DNA of 62,896 nucleotides, filler included, from Trichosphaerium sp. ATCC 40318 (lineage: Eukaryota > Protista > Tubulinea): the NCBI GenBank assembly GCA_038496445.1. It is 3 parts of 3 records of this genome, joined end to end, with 100 filler letters (N's around TTAATTAATTAA, not from the genome) between each part and the next. Parts side by side here need not be neighbours in the genome. Positions count along the whole stretch, not along the records: positions 1 to 26,745 come from JALMLS010000419.1; 2 more parts are not named here. One strand, given 5' to 3'. The first letter of the stretch is position 1; each line of letters opens with the position of its first letter. Below, piece by piece: positions 1-11,748 of this stretch. Below the pieces are notes generated by a model. It was not told the origin of the DNA, ran no database searches, and saw nothing but the letters and a program-made list of their open reading frames with translations. Both the position numbers and the translations under genes were made by a program.

Positions 1-2371
1 TACCAAAGACTTGGACAAACAATCCATTAAAGCTCGTATGTGTATTGCAAGGGAAAGTAAAAGAGTCGTGGAATTGTTTAGTGAAATTGCAGCAGAATTT
101 AAACACCTTGAATCGCTGGTACGTTTAGTCAACAAAGTCTGTTGATTGCTCTCAAGACTACCAGCAATGTCATATATCCAACTAATGATATTTTCTGTGT
201 ATACGTTCTAATGAGTAATAGACAATTAAGGACTTTGTAGTCACACCAACTATTGTACAGTAAGAAAACTACCTTTTATTACTTACTTTTTTCAAGACTT
301 CTTTTGGTTGGCTTGATGAAGTAATGGCCAAGTGCCCTATCATTTACCTTAGGATTTTCAGCGAGACTCCTTTGGGCAACAAACTCCTTGAATATAGCAG
401 GCAGTACAATACAATCCTTGGCAACAACCAACAATATGTTGATAACAATAGGCAATTGCAACGTTTGAAACGCTTGGTGTGCACCATAAATACCACAAAT
501 AACGATCTGTTCAAACAGCTTGATTTGAAGGAGTAAGTATTCCTTGTTTTTGACTTAATGAGTACTCACCAAACTCAAAGATTGGTTAGCCTAGAGCTAA
601 ATACCAGAGGCATGACAATAAGTCAAAAATCAATGCTTGCTTCATTCCAAAAAATGTCAAACCTAAAGACACTTCAATTCCATTTGAATAATGAAGTAGA
701 CGGTGGGCATAAATTGATTCTACCACAAGTAACGTAAGTATCCTTGATTCACCATTCACTTTAATCTAAAGAATATTTAGAGCATTGAAGATTTGTGCTT
801 GTGATGAAGCCATAATAGCACAGTTTACAGTACCTAATCTGACTGTACTCTCACTTTATAAAATTCACAGTGATGCCTTGGTACAGGTGTGTTACTTTTA
901 CCCCACCATGGCGTAACATCTAATACTGTTGTATTTATAGGCATTTCCTGAGATCATTAACAAACTTAAAATATTGCAAGTAAGACAAAGTCAACTACCA
1001 GAATGTATTGAATCGAATACACTTCAGATTTTTGACTGTGACTACTGTCCAGAGCTTGTAGGTTACTAAACACTATTAACCTATCTATTGACTCTTATGT
1101 TTTGTAGAGAAAGCTTAGCACACCTCATCTTAGGAAGGTGCATGTGTTACAGCATATTTTGGACACAAATTATCCAGAGTTACAGATTGGCTCATTTACA
1201 TTTGCTCTGCAGTCGTATTTACAATTAAAAGAGCTGTTTTACACTTCAAATATGCTCCCGCCATCACTCAAAGTTGTTCACTTGAAGTCACTAGTGCACA
1301 ATGAAGAACCCATTAGTACTCCTGCGTTGCTATCATTAGAAGCTATTTCATTGGAAGATGGAGATGGTGTTTGCAATGTTAATAACTTTCCAACTGTCAA
1401 GTACCTCACTTTCAGTAATGACAGGTATAATTGGTCAGTGTCTCATGATAAAATTGAGTACATTAAAGTAAGAAAATCTACCAGTGACTCAAACAAAGAA
1501 AAGTATCCGTTTTCAACTGTAGATTGTCCATCACTGGTATGTTAATTCTTACACAACCTTGTGCAATTTAACACTGGATATAGAAAGAACTGTATATTTC
1601 ACAAACTGTATTTCCTGCGTTTTCACAGAGAACAAGAAATATAAGACACCTTGAGATCAAAAACACTTCTCATTATAAATGCCGAGCAATCAAAAAACTT
1701 ACAAAACTTGAAACGCTCATCATTGAAGGTGTTGATTGTGGATCTGAAATGTTCATTTCCAGTACAAGTCTCAAAACGTTAGGTATGTAATCAATTCAAC
1801 ATTATTGTTACTCACATAACTTGTAGAACTGAGATCTATTAATACTACAACTGTAGCATTAAAGACGCCTCAGTTATGCTTTCTATCTTTGCACTATTCT
1901 CAAAAGGTTACCACCATTACTTGGGGTAGTACACCTATGCATAATCTCAAGACAATGTTGCTTTTTGGAAATGCACTTGACGACAGCTTGTTCATAGGAC
2001 CTTTTGATAACTTTCCATTCCCTTCTTTATCATTTTTGCATCTGCCTAGTACACGTTTTACTTCAGTGACATTGAATCAGATTGAAAAGAATTGTCCTCA
2101 CATCAAAATGGTACAGCCATTGTACACTGTGTATATGACTCATAAATGATTATAGATAAACTTCTTTCAATATGGAGTAAACAAGGAAGAACAAGCGATC
2201 ATCAAACGGATAACAGGACAAAAGATATTTAAAATTAATCATTCAGATTTGCCAAAAGCACAAACACAACAACCTTTACATGTTAAGGCGCAGGAGTATA
2301 TGAAGATGTTGGATACAGAAACTTGGACACCATTTACCACTTTTAAAGAAAAATCAGAATATTATGGTTAA
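1..2371 (+). CDS. Multi-exon leucine-rich-repeat-like protein, 5' end outside the window
   Basis: Chain of short ORFs separated by ~45-55 nt GT..AG introns with LxxLxL-type repeats (e.g. LKELFYTSN, LKTMLLFGNAL, FPSLSFLHL). The last exon reads INFFQYGVNKEEQ...SEYYG then TAA at 2369-2371. Confidence 0.55.
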
Positions 2372-2630
2372 AGAACCAGATAATAAGATAAAGACAACAA
2401 ACATCAATTTCCACAAATAATAAAAGCACAGTGTTTTATTAGTTAGGTTTTTATTTTTAGTTCAAAACCATTATGCAACTCTTTTACAATAATGACACGT
2501 GTTGAATACAAGTTGTTACGTAATAATAATTTATTATATCTAAGCAGATTATCATTACATAACTGAATCTTGTAGGTGGTAGTACTTCATTATGTCTTGT
2601 GCATACCTTCCAATTTGAAAAATGTTGTAT

Positions 2631-3242
2631 TTAATTGTTTTGGAGAGGATTCCGTAGTTCATTAGTTAGCCACTCCAATCCCTCGTATAGCCCATCACCA
2701 TTTATTGCACAAGTGGCTTGAATATGCCACTTCCTGGTACATAAACGCTTAAGTCCGAGTTTATCCACTATTTCTGAGGGACTCATTGCATTTTGTAGAT
2801 CTTGCTTATTAGCGAGAACAAGCAATACAACGTCTCGTAGTTCATGTTCGTTAAGCAAACCATCTATTGCTTCTCTTGACTCTTCAATACGATCTAAAGC
2901 AGCAGAGTTGATAACGTATATTATAGCGTTTGTGTTAGCGTAGTAGTGTCGCCATAATAAGCGCGATTTGTTTCGTCCACTGTGGCCTATATCCCACATT
3001 GTAAAGTTTATTTTATTGCATTCTACCGTTTCTACGTTAAAACCGATGCTAGGTATCGTTGTAACGACTTTTCCGAGTTTTAACTTGTAAAGGATGGTAG
3101 TTTTACCTACAAGTTCTACGTGAGCTGTTTAAAACGTCCCAAGATCAACGTCACCTGCATTGTCTAGTCCTAACATTATAATACGGCATTCCAATGGAGC
3201 CATCCCAAAAAGCCACTTAACCTTTGCTACTACGCCACCCAT
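2631..3242 (-). CDS. ADP-ribosylation factor (Arf1-like) small GTPase with degenerate G3/switch II; 2 exons (3242-3155, 3106-2631)
   Basis: Spliced translation [57 protein letters not shown]...[19 protein letters not shown]...LANKQDL...[19 protein letters not shown]. 48-nt intron at 3107-3154. N-terminal MG myristoylation start. Confidence 0.9.
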
Positions 3243-3562
3243 GTAAAGTAACAATAGGAATAATTGAAATGGGTGTAGATACTGACGTCGGCGTTTCATA
3301 GAAACTCTGCTGAGAATTTAGCAAAAATTACCTCACCGCATGGTACCCCAACGCGTCACTAGGAACGCGTACCAAAACTACTACGTGTCTTGAAAGCGAC
3401 GGTTTAACGTCACGTGCTCAGTTTCAAAAATAGCTTACTGATTCTCGAAAAGCAACAGCCAAGTTATGCGTATGCCTACCCACGTAAGCCGTTACGCATG
3501 TTAAGTCTTCAATAGTACAATTAAGGCTTTTTTTTTTCAATTCAATAAAAAAACTGACACGT

Positions 3563-4403
3563 ATGCGTTCTCTTCTTTGTGTAACGTTGGTGCTTTGCGT
3601 TCTCGCTATCTCTTTCGCCCATGAGCACGGTGAGCATGATCACGGCGAGCATGGTCATTCTCATGATGGATACGACCACGGCCACTCTCACGAAGCAGAA
3701 GAAGTGGATATCCCTCATAAAGCGTTCAAGATAGTAGCTGGCCAAGCAGGAACAGTATCTATGGAAGTAGATGATACTAAATGTACCATCTCGTGGGACG
3801 CAGCAGAAGGCGCAGATGAAGAAGGTAAACGAAAAGAAATGCAAGTAGCTGAATTTAACTCACAATTAGAGTGGATTGTCGAATTGGAAGTAAACGAGTC
3901 AGATATTCATTGTGAAGCTTACTCGTACGTCGTAATCTGCCAATCTGGAGATTTTGTTTCTTATGTAACGGTATAGGCCAATCGAGTCTCAAATCAAGTT
4001 CACAAGCTTTAAAGCTGACTTCCATGGCGTCGCGATCTCAGGAGGTGAAGTAGTGGTACGATTAAACATACTACCTTCATTTTATGTGCTAATGTTTAAA
4101 AATAGTCCATGATCGGCGAAGACGTTGAACATGATATCGATTTTGATGTCTGTACGTACCAAAGCTTTTTTTTATGCTTATTTAACGCTGTAATGACAAT
4201 CAAACGCAAGAAAACACCACGTTGACGCGTCTGAACCAAGTTTTATATTGTTCTAGCAGTTTTTCAACCGAAAAGAAATCAAAAAAATTTTAAAACCGCT
4301 CTAAAGGCCTTTTGTAGTGAAAAACAAAGACGGTTTCACTGGTGCAAAGCTAGGCGCTATTTACATCTTCCATGATGATATGGTTGGCTCTGACGAACTC
4401 TAA
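3563..4403 (+). CDS. MYDGF: MYDGF/UPF0556-like ER-lumenal protein with His-rich N-terminal extension, multi-exon
   Basis: Signal peptide MRSLLCVTLVLCVLAISFA. Spliced core AFKIVAG..KCTISWDAAEGADEEEWIVEL..IHCEAY..SQIKFTSFKADFHG resembles MYDGF as I recall it (AFDVRPGG..TCMFTYASQGGTNEQW..FTCTIW..YFTQFKAEVRG). The last exon ends SDEL then TAA at 4401-4403, a KDEL-like ER retention signal. Confidence 0.65.
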
Positions 4404-4912
4404 AGAAAAAAAAACACGTGGCGTAAACGAAAAAAATTGAAACAAAATAAAACTATCCTTTTTACAGAAAACAAAACGCTGTATGCCCATGAGGTATTTT
4501 TTGTTTGTTTTCTTCGTCTCTGGCCTTGTTCAGAGATAAAATACTTACTGAATAGTACACAAGTGAACAGTTAGTTTGCAGTACAAGTACTGAGACTGTC
4601 TTATGTGTACTTGAATTTAAAATGCTTGTGAGGTAGTATGGCGCACGTGAAAACATTATACTAGCGCCATCATTCTTCACATTTATAAATTTTTTTTTTT
4701 TACTCGCTTCCCAAACCACAACGAAGCATAGTCTTTTTTTGGTTTGAGATTATATATATTTTACAGCGCCTTCTGCGCTTCTTATTTTGTATTTACAGTA
4801 GTTTTTACACGTAGCGAGAGAGGAAGAGAATTCAAAAAAATTGTGAAACGATCTTCGTTTCAGCGTTGCGTTCTCGCTTGTTGGGGTTGTTTGGTTTTTT
4901 TTTTGTAGATTG

Positions 4913-5600
4913 CTACCATGCGCGTTTAAACTTCTTAAGCATTGCGTTCAACCCAGAATTCGTAGGCCGTGTCTTTTTATGTGAGTAACCAGTAGGAGAT
5001 TTTCTGAGTAATTTGAAGTCCTTGTTCGCTAGTATAGATCGTGGAGCAACGTATAAGTAGTCTGTTTTAACATCCTTTACACAAATATCTTCTGATATAA
5101 GATTTGCGTCTTGATCAAAAACAACTCTCTCTAATTGCTTAGGTATCTAAGAAGAGCAATGAGTACAAAGTACTGCAAGAAAAATAAAATAGGAAATGGC
5201 TTTCACGTGGACTTCTTTCGATGACAAAGTAAGTTTATACGCCATGGTATTGTTTTTTCGGTTAAATAAAGAAGAAAAGACCTGAGTACAAACTTGTAGA
5301 TTAACTTTTATGGTACTGAGTAAAGGACCAGTAAGAAAATACTCGTTCATACAGCAGTACTTTATATAGCTACTCAGCAGTTGTTTGTTTTAAGTCGTCT
5401 GTGTTTTTGAAAAAAAACGTACTTGTACTGGATCTGTTCGTATTCCAACGCCAATATCAAACGTTAATTTATGAGCCATGTGAGAGTCAATTACGGTTCT
5501 TAGTGTATTGTTTGATACTCTATTTCTCCTTACTTTAAGAGGTATTTGACTGTAATACTGCCCTTTCTCATTAGCAAAGTCAAGGCATAGGCATTTTCTA
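4913..5600 (-). CDS. Hypothetical multi-exon protein
   Basis: Several short minus-strand open frames bounded by GT/AG; last exon reads IPKQLERVVFDQDANLISED...AMLKKFKRAW*. No recognisable motif and the 5' end is uncertain. Confidence 0.35.
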
Positions 5601-6810
5601 AGTTTTAGCTCTTTTTGAGGACGTGTGGTCATCATTGGGAACGTTTTTTTGTATTGTTTTTTTTGACTTTTTTACTCAATGTGTTATCACTGAACACGGG
5701 CTACTCACTCTACGCTAGGACCATAAAAAACCTGTTTGGGGCATGTACTGTTACAGTTAGAATAAGCTCACAACAATTTCTTTTTCGGCAACGCCGGGAC
5801 CTCGTCGGTGTTTACAATTGTGTTTCTATTATTATAATAACAATGTACACTACTACTAAGTTTTTTTGCAGAGACAAAGGCTATATGGCAAGGTGATTTG
5901 TTGATTAGTTTTTTGTTCAATTGAAAAAAAAAAAGCACGTGTCAAAACGTTTCGAGCAGAAGAGTACGAGGAAGTGCCCTCTTTCAGGTTTGAAGGCGTT
6001 TTATGGCTTTTAGCTTATTAAAAAGAATTTCTTTACTATAAACGTACCTGTGGTTCGGATAAGTGTTAGTAGAGTACTGCGAAAGGGTGGATGAACCGCA
6101 GTATTTTTTTCTTTACTGCTGAAGTTTTCGTCTGAATACATGCCTATGTCTATACATGTGTAGCTTGTATGCCATCGCTTCGGAGTTGCTTTGTGTAAGG
6201 AAACGTGTCTATTCATTTCAATAATTAATAAGCAGGACTCCAGTGTGACGTAATCATCATCACGTGACGTGTGTATTGAACTTCGTAGCAAAAAAAGATC
6301 TCTACGCACCACCCCCGAAGTTTATCTTTCCTTTTTCACAGGTGTTATTCTTGTATGCAAGCGTAGGTTCGTATTAGAGCGACCGGGAAACAACAGCCAG
6401 AAAGAAAAAGTGAAAAAAAACTAAAAGCGCTCCGATAGGAAGTTGTTTTATAATGCTCTGAGGTACACTACTGGGTCTGCTTACTCCGGTGAAAACTCAC
6501 TACATGTTTGTAGCACGCTTGCTCTACAAAGTATGGGACACTGTGTGAAACAGTTTTATGAGGAGATTGTACCACTTTCAGCAGTGCTAGACAGTTGTGG
6601 TCAATGCCAATACAATGTAAACGGAGTTGTAATTAATACACTCGCCTTGACTCCCTGAAGCAAAAAACATTTACCTAATAAAATGACGTGAGTTTCTTTT
6701 GATGGTTGGGTTTGTATGTTATTGTACTTTATCAATATGTATTTCACGTGCCACTTTTTGTGGTTCTTTGCTATTGATTTTCAAAAAAGGCGAGCAAATT
6801 TTGTTGCAAT

Positions 6811-6926
6811 TAGATCAGTTCTTCTGAGATCCCAATCTGCAACTACGACGTTCTTTGGGAGGTAAGGAACACATCTGTCCCTGACAGATAGCTCAGGCGC
6901 AGAGCGAGCGTGTGTGGTTTATTTAC
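6811..6926. repeat. Split direct repeat B2 of the Ngaro element
   Basis: TAGATCAGTTCTTCTGAG...GTGGTTTATTTAC, repeated at 7126-7241. Confidence 0.95.
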
Positions 6927-7017
6927 ATAGCGAACACGTTCGCAAATGAAAAGAAAAATGTACAAAAACATAAAAAGAATTTTTAAAAAAAAAATTTTAG
7001 GGTGCGGTGGGAGGGTG

Positions 7018-7241
7018 ATTTCTACTCGCTATCTGAAGAGTTGTTGTTGTTATTGCTGTCAATTTGTCGTCGGATCTCTGGTCTATCCTGTTCAAACGTC
7101 TGAAATGTGCTTCATGTTCAGTCATTAGATCAGTTCTTCTGAGATCCCAATCTGCAACTACGACGTTCTTTGGGAGGTAAGGAACACATCTGTCCCTGAC
7201 AGATAGCTCAGGCGCAGAGCGAGCGTGTGTGGTTTATTTAC
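7018..7241. repeat. Split direct repeats A2 (7018-7125) and B1 (7126-7241), abutting
   Basis: A2 matches 11749-11856 and B1 matches 6811-6926; junction ...AGTCAT|TAGATC... Confidence 0.95.
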
Positions 7242-7246
7242 CCATG

Positions 7247-8322
7247 TCAATCTTCAAGCCACAGTTGAGGTTGACCTCCCTCCCCAAAAACATCGTAGAC
7301 GTTTGTCTTTCCTTGTAACAAACGTTGTGCCATAAGCTTTGGCACTATTAATCTATCTTCTCTGCTGTGTACAATATAAATATTGTACGCGTCTGAACTC
7401 CAGTCTCCTATGTATTTGATCCATTGTTCAGACACTCCTGCTGCTGCCGCATATGTGGCTCCGCCTCTTCTGTATGAGTGTTCTGCGTATTTTGTAGCGT
7501 CTCCACAAACCTTCTCTATTTGTTGTTTTGTCCATGTGACAAATTTGCTGTAATACTAATCCATCTGTTGCCTGATTTGTAACGCATCAAAGAGCGTGTT
7601 CTTGCTGGCTTTATTCTCTTCATGAGGGTATCTATCGCTTGTACCGGGCAAAGTACTTGTCCATCTAGTTTGGTGAAAGGTATCACGTGTTTTCTTTCTC
7701 TAAAGCGTATTGTCTTTGTTTTCCTTAGTGTGAACCACCATGTGTTATTCTCTTTGTCCATGTTTGAAGCTGATATATGTCTTAAGATGTCAAAGTCCGT
7801 TGTTTTCCTTGGAACTAGGTTTCCTATTCGTAAGAAACCCCAGAACGCTATCAATGCTCCTGTCCAATATACCAAGTCTCTATCCAGTCGTAGATCTATA
7901 TTTTGCCTAATTTGTAGTAAAATTGCTGGTGTTATCGGTCGCTTCCGTTCGACCTTTATACCTAAAGTCGATCGTAAACTACGTAGCATATCGTAGTATT
8001 GTATACAATCTGTGTGTGGGTCGTTATATCCTAAACGCTTGCAGAGCCACAACCAATGTGACAGATACACTCTTATTGTATCCGGGAGTAGCCCTTTGCT
8101 TGTGGGTGTTTCTTTCGCCCACATTGCTATAACTAATTGCAAATTTTTCTTTGAGATTGGCATCCACTCTTCTTCTGGTACCCCTAGTGTGATTAACGCT
8201 AGAATGACCGCTGTAATTGCTGATTTGCGGTTGTTGTTTGTGCTTTCAGGATACGCCGAACGTAATATCTTTGCTCGTTTTTGTTCAACTATCTGATTAA
8301 AATCTATAAAAGCAAAAATTAT
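7247..8322 (-). pseudogene. Tyrosine recombinase of the Ngaro element, frameshifted near 7550 in this copy
   Basis: AFWGFLRIGNL (catalytic Arg), LRKTKT and LCPVQA in 7516-8163. After a frame change it continues KFVTWTKQQIEKVCGDATKYAEHSYRRGGAT...IGDWSSDAYNIY (HxxR, W, Tyr). The frame is open from 8322 with no ATG until 8163. Confidence 0.88.
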
Positions 8323-9923
8323 TTAATAAAACGACCGTTTACATTCTGAAAACCCCGTTTTCCAGCAGCCTCTCTAAACACGTTCCACTTAAACCTACTC
8401 AGCGCGTCGGCAATAACGTTGTCTTTTGATGCTATCCAGTTTGTTTCTAACCGGAAACCTAAAGTGGCTGACCACAGATGGATATCGTATATCATTTTCA
8501 TCGCTGTTTTGTTCTTTATCACGAGTTTGTTTATGGCTGCTACCACCCCTGTGTTGTCCACCCACATATTTGCTACCACTTTATTTCTAAAGTGAAAACG
8601 CCATTCTTTAACTGCCATCCACACTGCGTATAACTCTTTAATAGTTATATGCCAAAGTTTTTCTTTCCCTGTGAAGGTATGGATCAGCCATCTTCCTTCG
8701 AAAAAGGCTGCTGCCGCTAAGGTGGACGCATCTGTTTGCAGGGATCCCTTTACCAGGGGCAAAGGTTGTAGCAATATCGCCTTGCCATCCCACATGTCCA
8801 TCATTAAGTTCCACCACATCAGATCCTTACGCATATGTTTTGTCGTAAAGATCCATTGTTCGTTGTTAGTTGCTCCTCGCATGCCGTCGTATATGCGCCT
8901 AAGATATGTGTGTCCACCATACACTACCTGTGCCGCAAAGTTGAGCGTTCCCGTGAGCTGCATCCATTTTCGTAATTTCGCCGATTTTTGTTTCAAGAAC
9001 CAAGCTATGAGTTTTTTGATCTTGTTACGCTTTCTTTCTGTTAATGTGATAGTTCTGTTTGCCATATCAAACTTGAGACCCAAAAAGGTCATCACCTGCT
9101 TCGGTCCTTCACATTTTTCTGACGTCATTTCAAATCCAAGTTTGGTCAATAAATTAACCAAAACTTCTAGCGCGTATTTTGCTTCTTCTGGTGATCCGGC
9201 TATGATTAACCAATCATCTAAATAGACAACATGAAAGCATATGCCCATGCTAGCGAAATATCGTGAAACTATGCTCATAAGGCGCACAAAAAGTTCTGGA
9301 GCGCCATTCCAACCGAAAGGAAGTCTACCATCGCAGTAGTATTTTCCATTCCATTCAAAACCAATGACATCATGGTCGTCGGGGTGTACTGGTACCATAC
9401 GGTACGCACAGTACATATCTGCTTTCGCCAGCCACAACTGTCCAGAATGGTCGCGTATGAAGGTGATGGCGTCTTTGAGTGCTGACAGCGTGAATTTAGG
9501 CGGAGGGAGAGCCAAATCGTTGATAGACAGTCCGATTGGCAGGTTTAAACAAACTATCTTTCTAATTTTGTTGCAAAACGCTCCGTTTTCGTCAAACTTG
9601 GGTATAGCGGCTATTTTGTTACATCTACGTATTTCTTTTGCTACATAAATCCAACCCTTGTTAGTTTCTTTTTCTACATCTTCGTTCACGAATTTTTTCC
9701 ATTGTTTACAGGTGTCACTGTTTTTAATCTGCAAGGTTGACACCTTCGTACCTGCAGGAACAATACGTACGCCTGTGCGAAGCCAGGAGGCAAGCCAAGG
9801 CCAATCAGGATCTTTGCTAAAAAGTTCTTGCCAGAGGTTAAAGCGTTGTGACATAACTGCTACTGAGTAAGGTAAAGCTTTTTTATTACTAACACTATTG
9901 ACCCTGACCTTTGCCTGTAATTG
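8319..9923 (-). CDS. Reverse transcriptase-RNase H of the Ngaro element (first ATG 9854; frame open from the gag stop)
   Basis: KADMYCAYRMVPV, LPFGWNGAP, YLDD, FLGL; RNaseH TDAS, ELYAV, WVDN, ADALSR. Confidence 0.95.
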   Translation of the reverse strand, partial: QLQAKVRVNSVSNKKALPYSVAVMSQRFNLWQELFSKDPDWPWLASWLRTGVRIVPAGTKVSTLQIKNSDTCKQWKKFVNEDVEKETNKGWIYVAKEIRRCNKIAAIPKFDENGAFCNKIRKIVCLNLPIGLSINDLALPPPKFTLSALKDAITFIRDHSGQLWLAKADMYCAYRMVPVHPDDHDVIGFEWNGKYYCDGRLPFGWNGAPELFVRLMSIVSRYFASMGICFHVVYLDDWLIIAGSPEEAKYALEVLVNLLTKLGFEMTSEKCEGPKQVMTFLGLKFDMANRTITLTERKRNKIKKLIAWFLKQKSAKLRKWMQLTGTLNFAAQVVYGGHTYLRRIYDGMRGATNNEQWIFTTKHMRKDLMWWNLMMDMWDGKAILLQPLPLVKGSLQTDASTLAAAAFFEGRWLIHTFTGKEKLWHITIKELYAVWMAVKEWRFHFRNKVVANMWVDNTGVVAAINKLVIKNKTAMKMIYDIHLWSATLGFRLETNWIASKDNVIADALSRFKWNVFREAAGKRGFQNVNGRFIK

Positions 9924-11748
9924 TCAGGTTCGTCTAGGCGATGGACATCCTGCTATCCAGTGTCCAGAGTTACTGCAGTTGAAGCACACATGTTCCATGA
10001 TGCAGTTGCCAGTTTTGTTGAAGCGGCAGTTGTTGCTGGCGATGATGTTCGCGTGGGAGCAGGCCATGTGGATGTTTTTAATACTCCATGGGTTGCGAGC
10101 GCTTGTTTTTTGCGCATTACGCAATTGTTGAGCTGTAGGACGTGGACGCTGAGGGCGCTGTGGTCTCTGAGGTTGTTGCGGTTGGTATTGCTGTTGTTGC
10201 TGGTAAGGTTGTTGCTGAAAACCCTGTTGCAGTGGCCCTGTTTGTACTCTACCTAGGTACATGCTTAAAAATAGAGAAGGAACCGTGTAGCTAGCGCTAG
10301 TTCTTTCCCAGTAATAACGAACGGCTCTATCAAAAACAAGTACCTGTGCCCATGGGTATAGACAAAGTAATTGCTTGAGCTGGTCCTGATACGCTTGGTG
10401 TCTGTTGGCCATAGCCTGCGTAAGTAGCTTGTGTTTGACGTTCTCGTTTATTTGGGCCTCTATAGTGACCAGCCTGGCCATAAGGTCTGGGGCGCTTGTT
10501 ACGGAGAGAGGTTTTGACGCTTTTGTTAACGATCGTGCTGATGAGCTATGAAGGTATGTGAGTGGTGCCACATACTCTGGAAAGTAAATAGGTTTGTTAA
10601 TACCAAACCTGACTACTCCTGAAAAAAGCGGAGCGTCCGCAAAAAGCATTCGCCATTTTTTGGCTTCTTCAGCACTTACCGCTGTAAGCTGCTGCTGCGA
10701 TACGAAAGTTGAGCCTAAAGGGTATGCTGTCCCGCCTGGCGCTGCAACTGACGTGTTAGGGAAAGCGGAGTTTAAATTAAAGCTACCTGGCGCGTTGCTA
10801 GGTGAAGGAGGAGGCGCAGACGGCGCAGTGTTACTTCCCTGCGTATTTTGCTGCAATACTGGGTTACCCGCATTCGCTTGGGCTTGAGGGTTGCTCGCTG
10901 GCACCTGTACCCCTATTTTGGACAGAAAAACATCAGCCTTTTGACGTGCGAGGTTGACGTTGTTAACCACCTGTTTAGCTTTCTCCCAGGTGGATTTAAA
11001 CGTACCAGGCTGTGCCTGTGGCTGCTGCATAACAGGGCTAGTCGTCGCAGAGGGAGCTGTCTGAGGAGCTGTGGCTTGTGTATGAGGTGCTTGAGCCTGC
11101 GCCTGCTGTTGTAATAACCTCTTGCGAATGTCTTCTTGTCGTTGTTTTGCACGAAGGGCTTCATATCGACTTTTTTCCTTTTCTGCTGCATCTAAAGCCT
11201 CCTGTAGCTGGGAAACCAGGGCATCGTTCGCCTTTTGTAAGGACTTGATTACATCTGACGATTCCAATACATTATCCGCTGTATGGAAATCCCCTGTGCC
11301 GTCTTTGAGTTCGCCAGTCGATGTGGCAAAATCATCATCTGAATCCGCGTCAGTATCAGAGGAAGAAGAGAGATTAGGCTTAGGTTTTTTGCCAAACGGT
11401 GAAAAGTTTTTAAAACGGCCTAAAAACGTAGAAGGAGTAGGGTTTGCGTCCAAAAGAATTTCGCGTAGTTTTTTCGATCTTGCTTTGTTAATTGAGAGAG
11501 AGAACTTGGTACCGATGTCGTCCCAGTTTGGGTACGATCCACCTTGGATTGATGCTGCCACGTGTTGGAAAATTTCTACTAAATCTTCCTTCGTCTTTTT
11601 CTCCATTGCATTCCAAAGGTTAACCCCTCTTATACGTCTGTCCGGATCTAAGTTATTGCGAAAGAATTCTACCAGTTGTTCCTATTGGTGGTTTTGTTGG
11701 ATCATTGCGGTCCTCTTCCGTAATTACATAACTGAATCCTTCTGTCAT
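9924..11748 (-). CDS. Gag-like ORF1 of the Ngaro element (ORF 11606-9924, probably extended by a 7-codon exon 11748-11728)
   Basis: WAQVLVFDRAVR motif typical of DIRS/Ngaro gag; C-terminal C..C..C..HVCFNCSNSGHWIAGC zinc knuckle (CX2CX4HX4C); Q/P-rich linker. Confidence 0.85.

Noticed and set aside
6811-7241. Direct repeats considered as LTRs or a CRISPR-like array
   Set aside because: The A/B split arrangement with a tyrosine recombinase and no integrase or protease identifies Ngaro repeats; there is no repeat-spacer periodicity.
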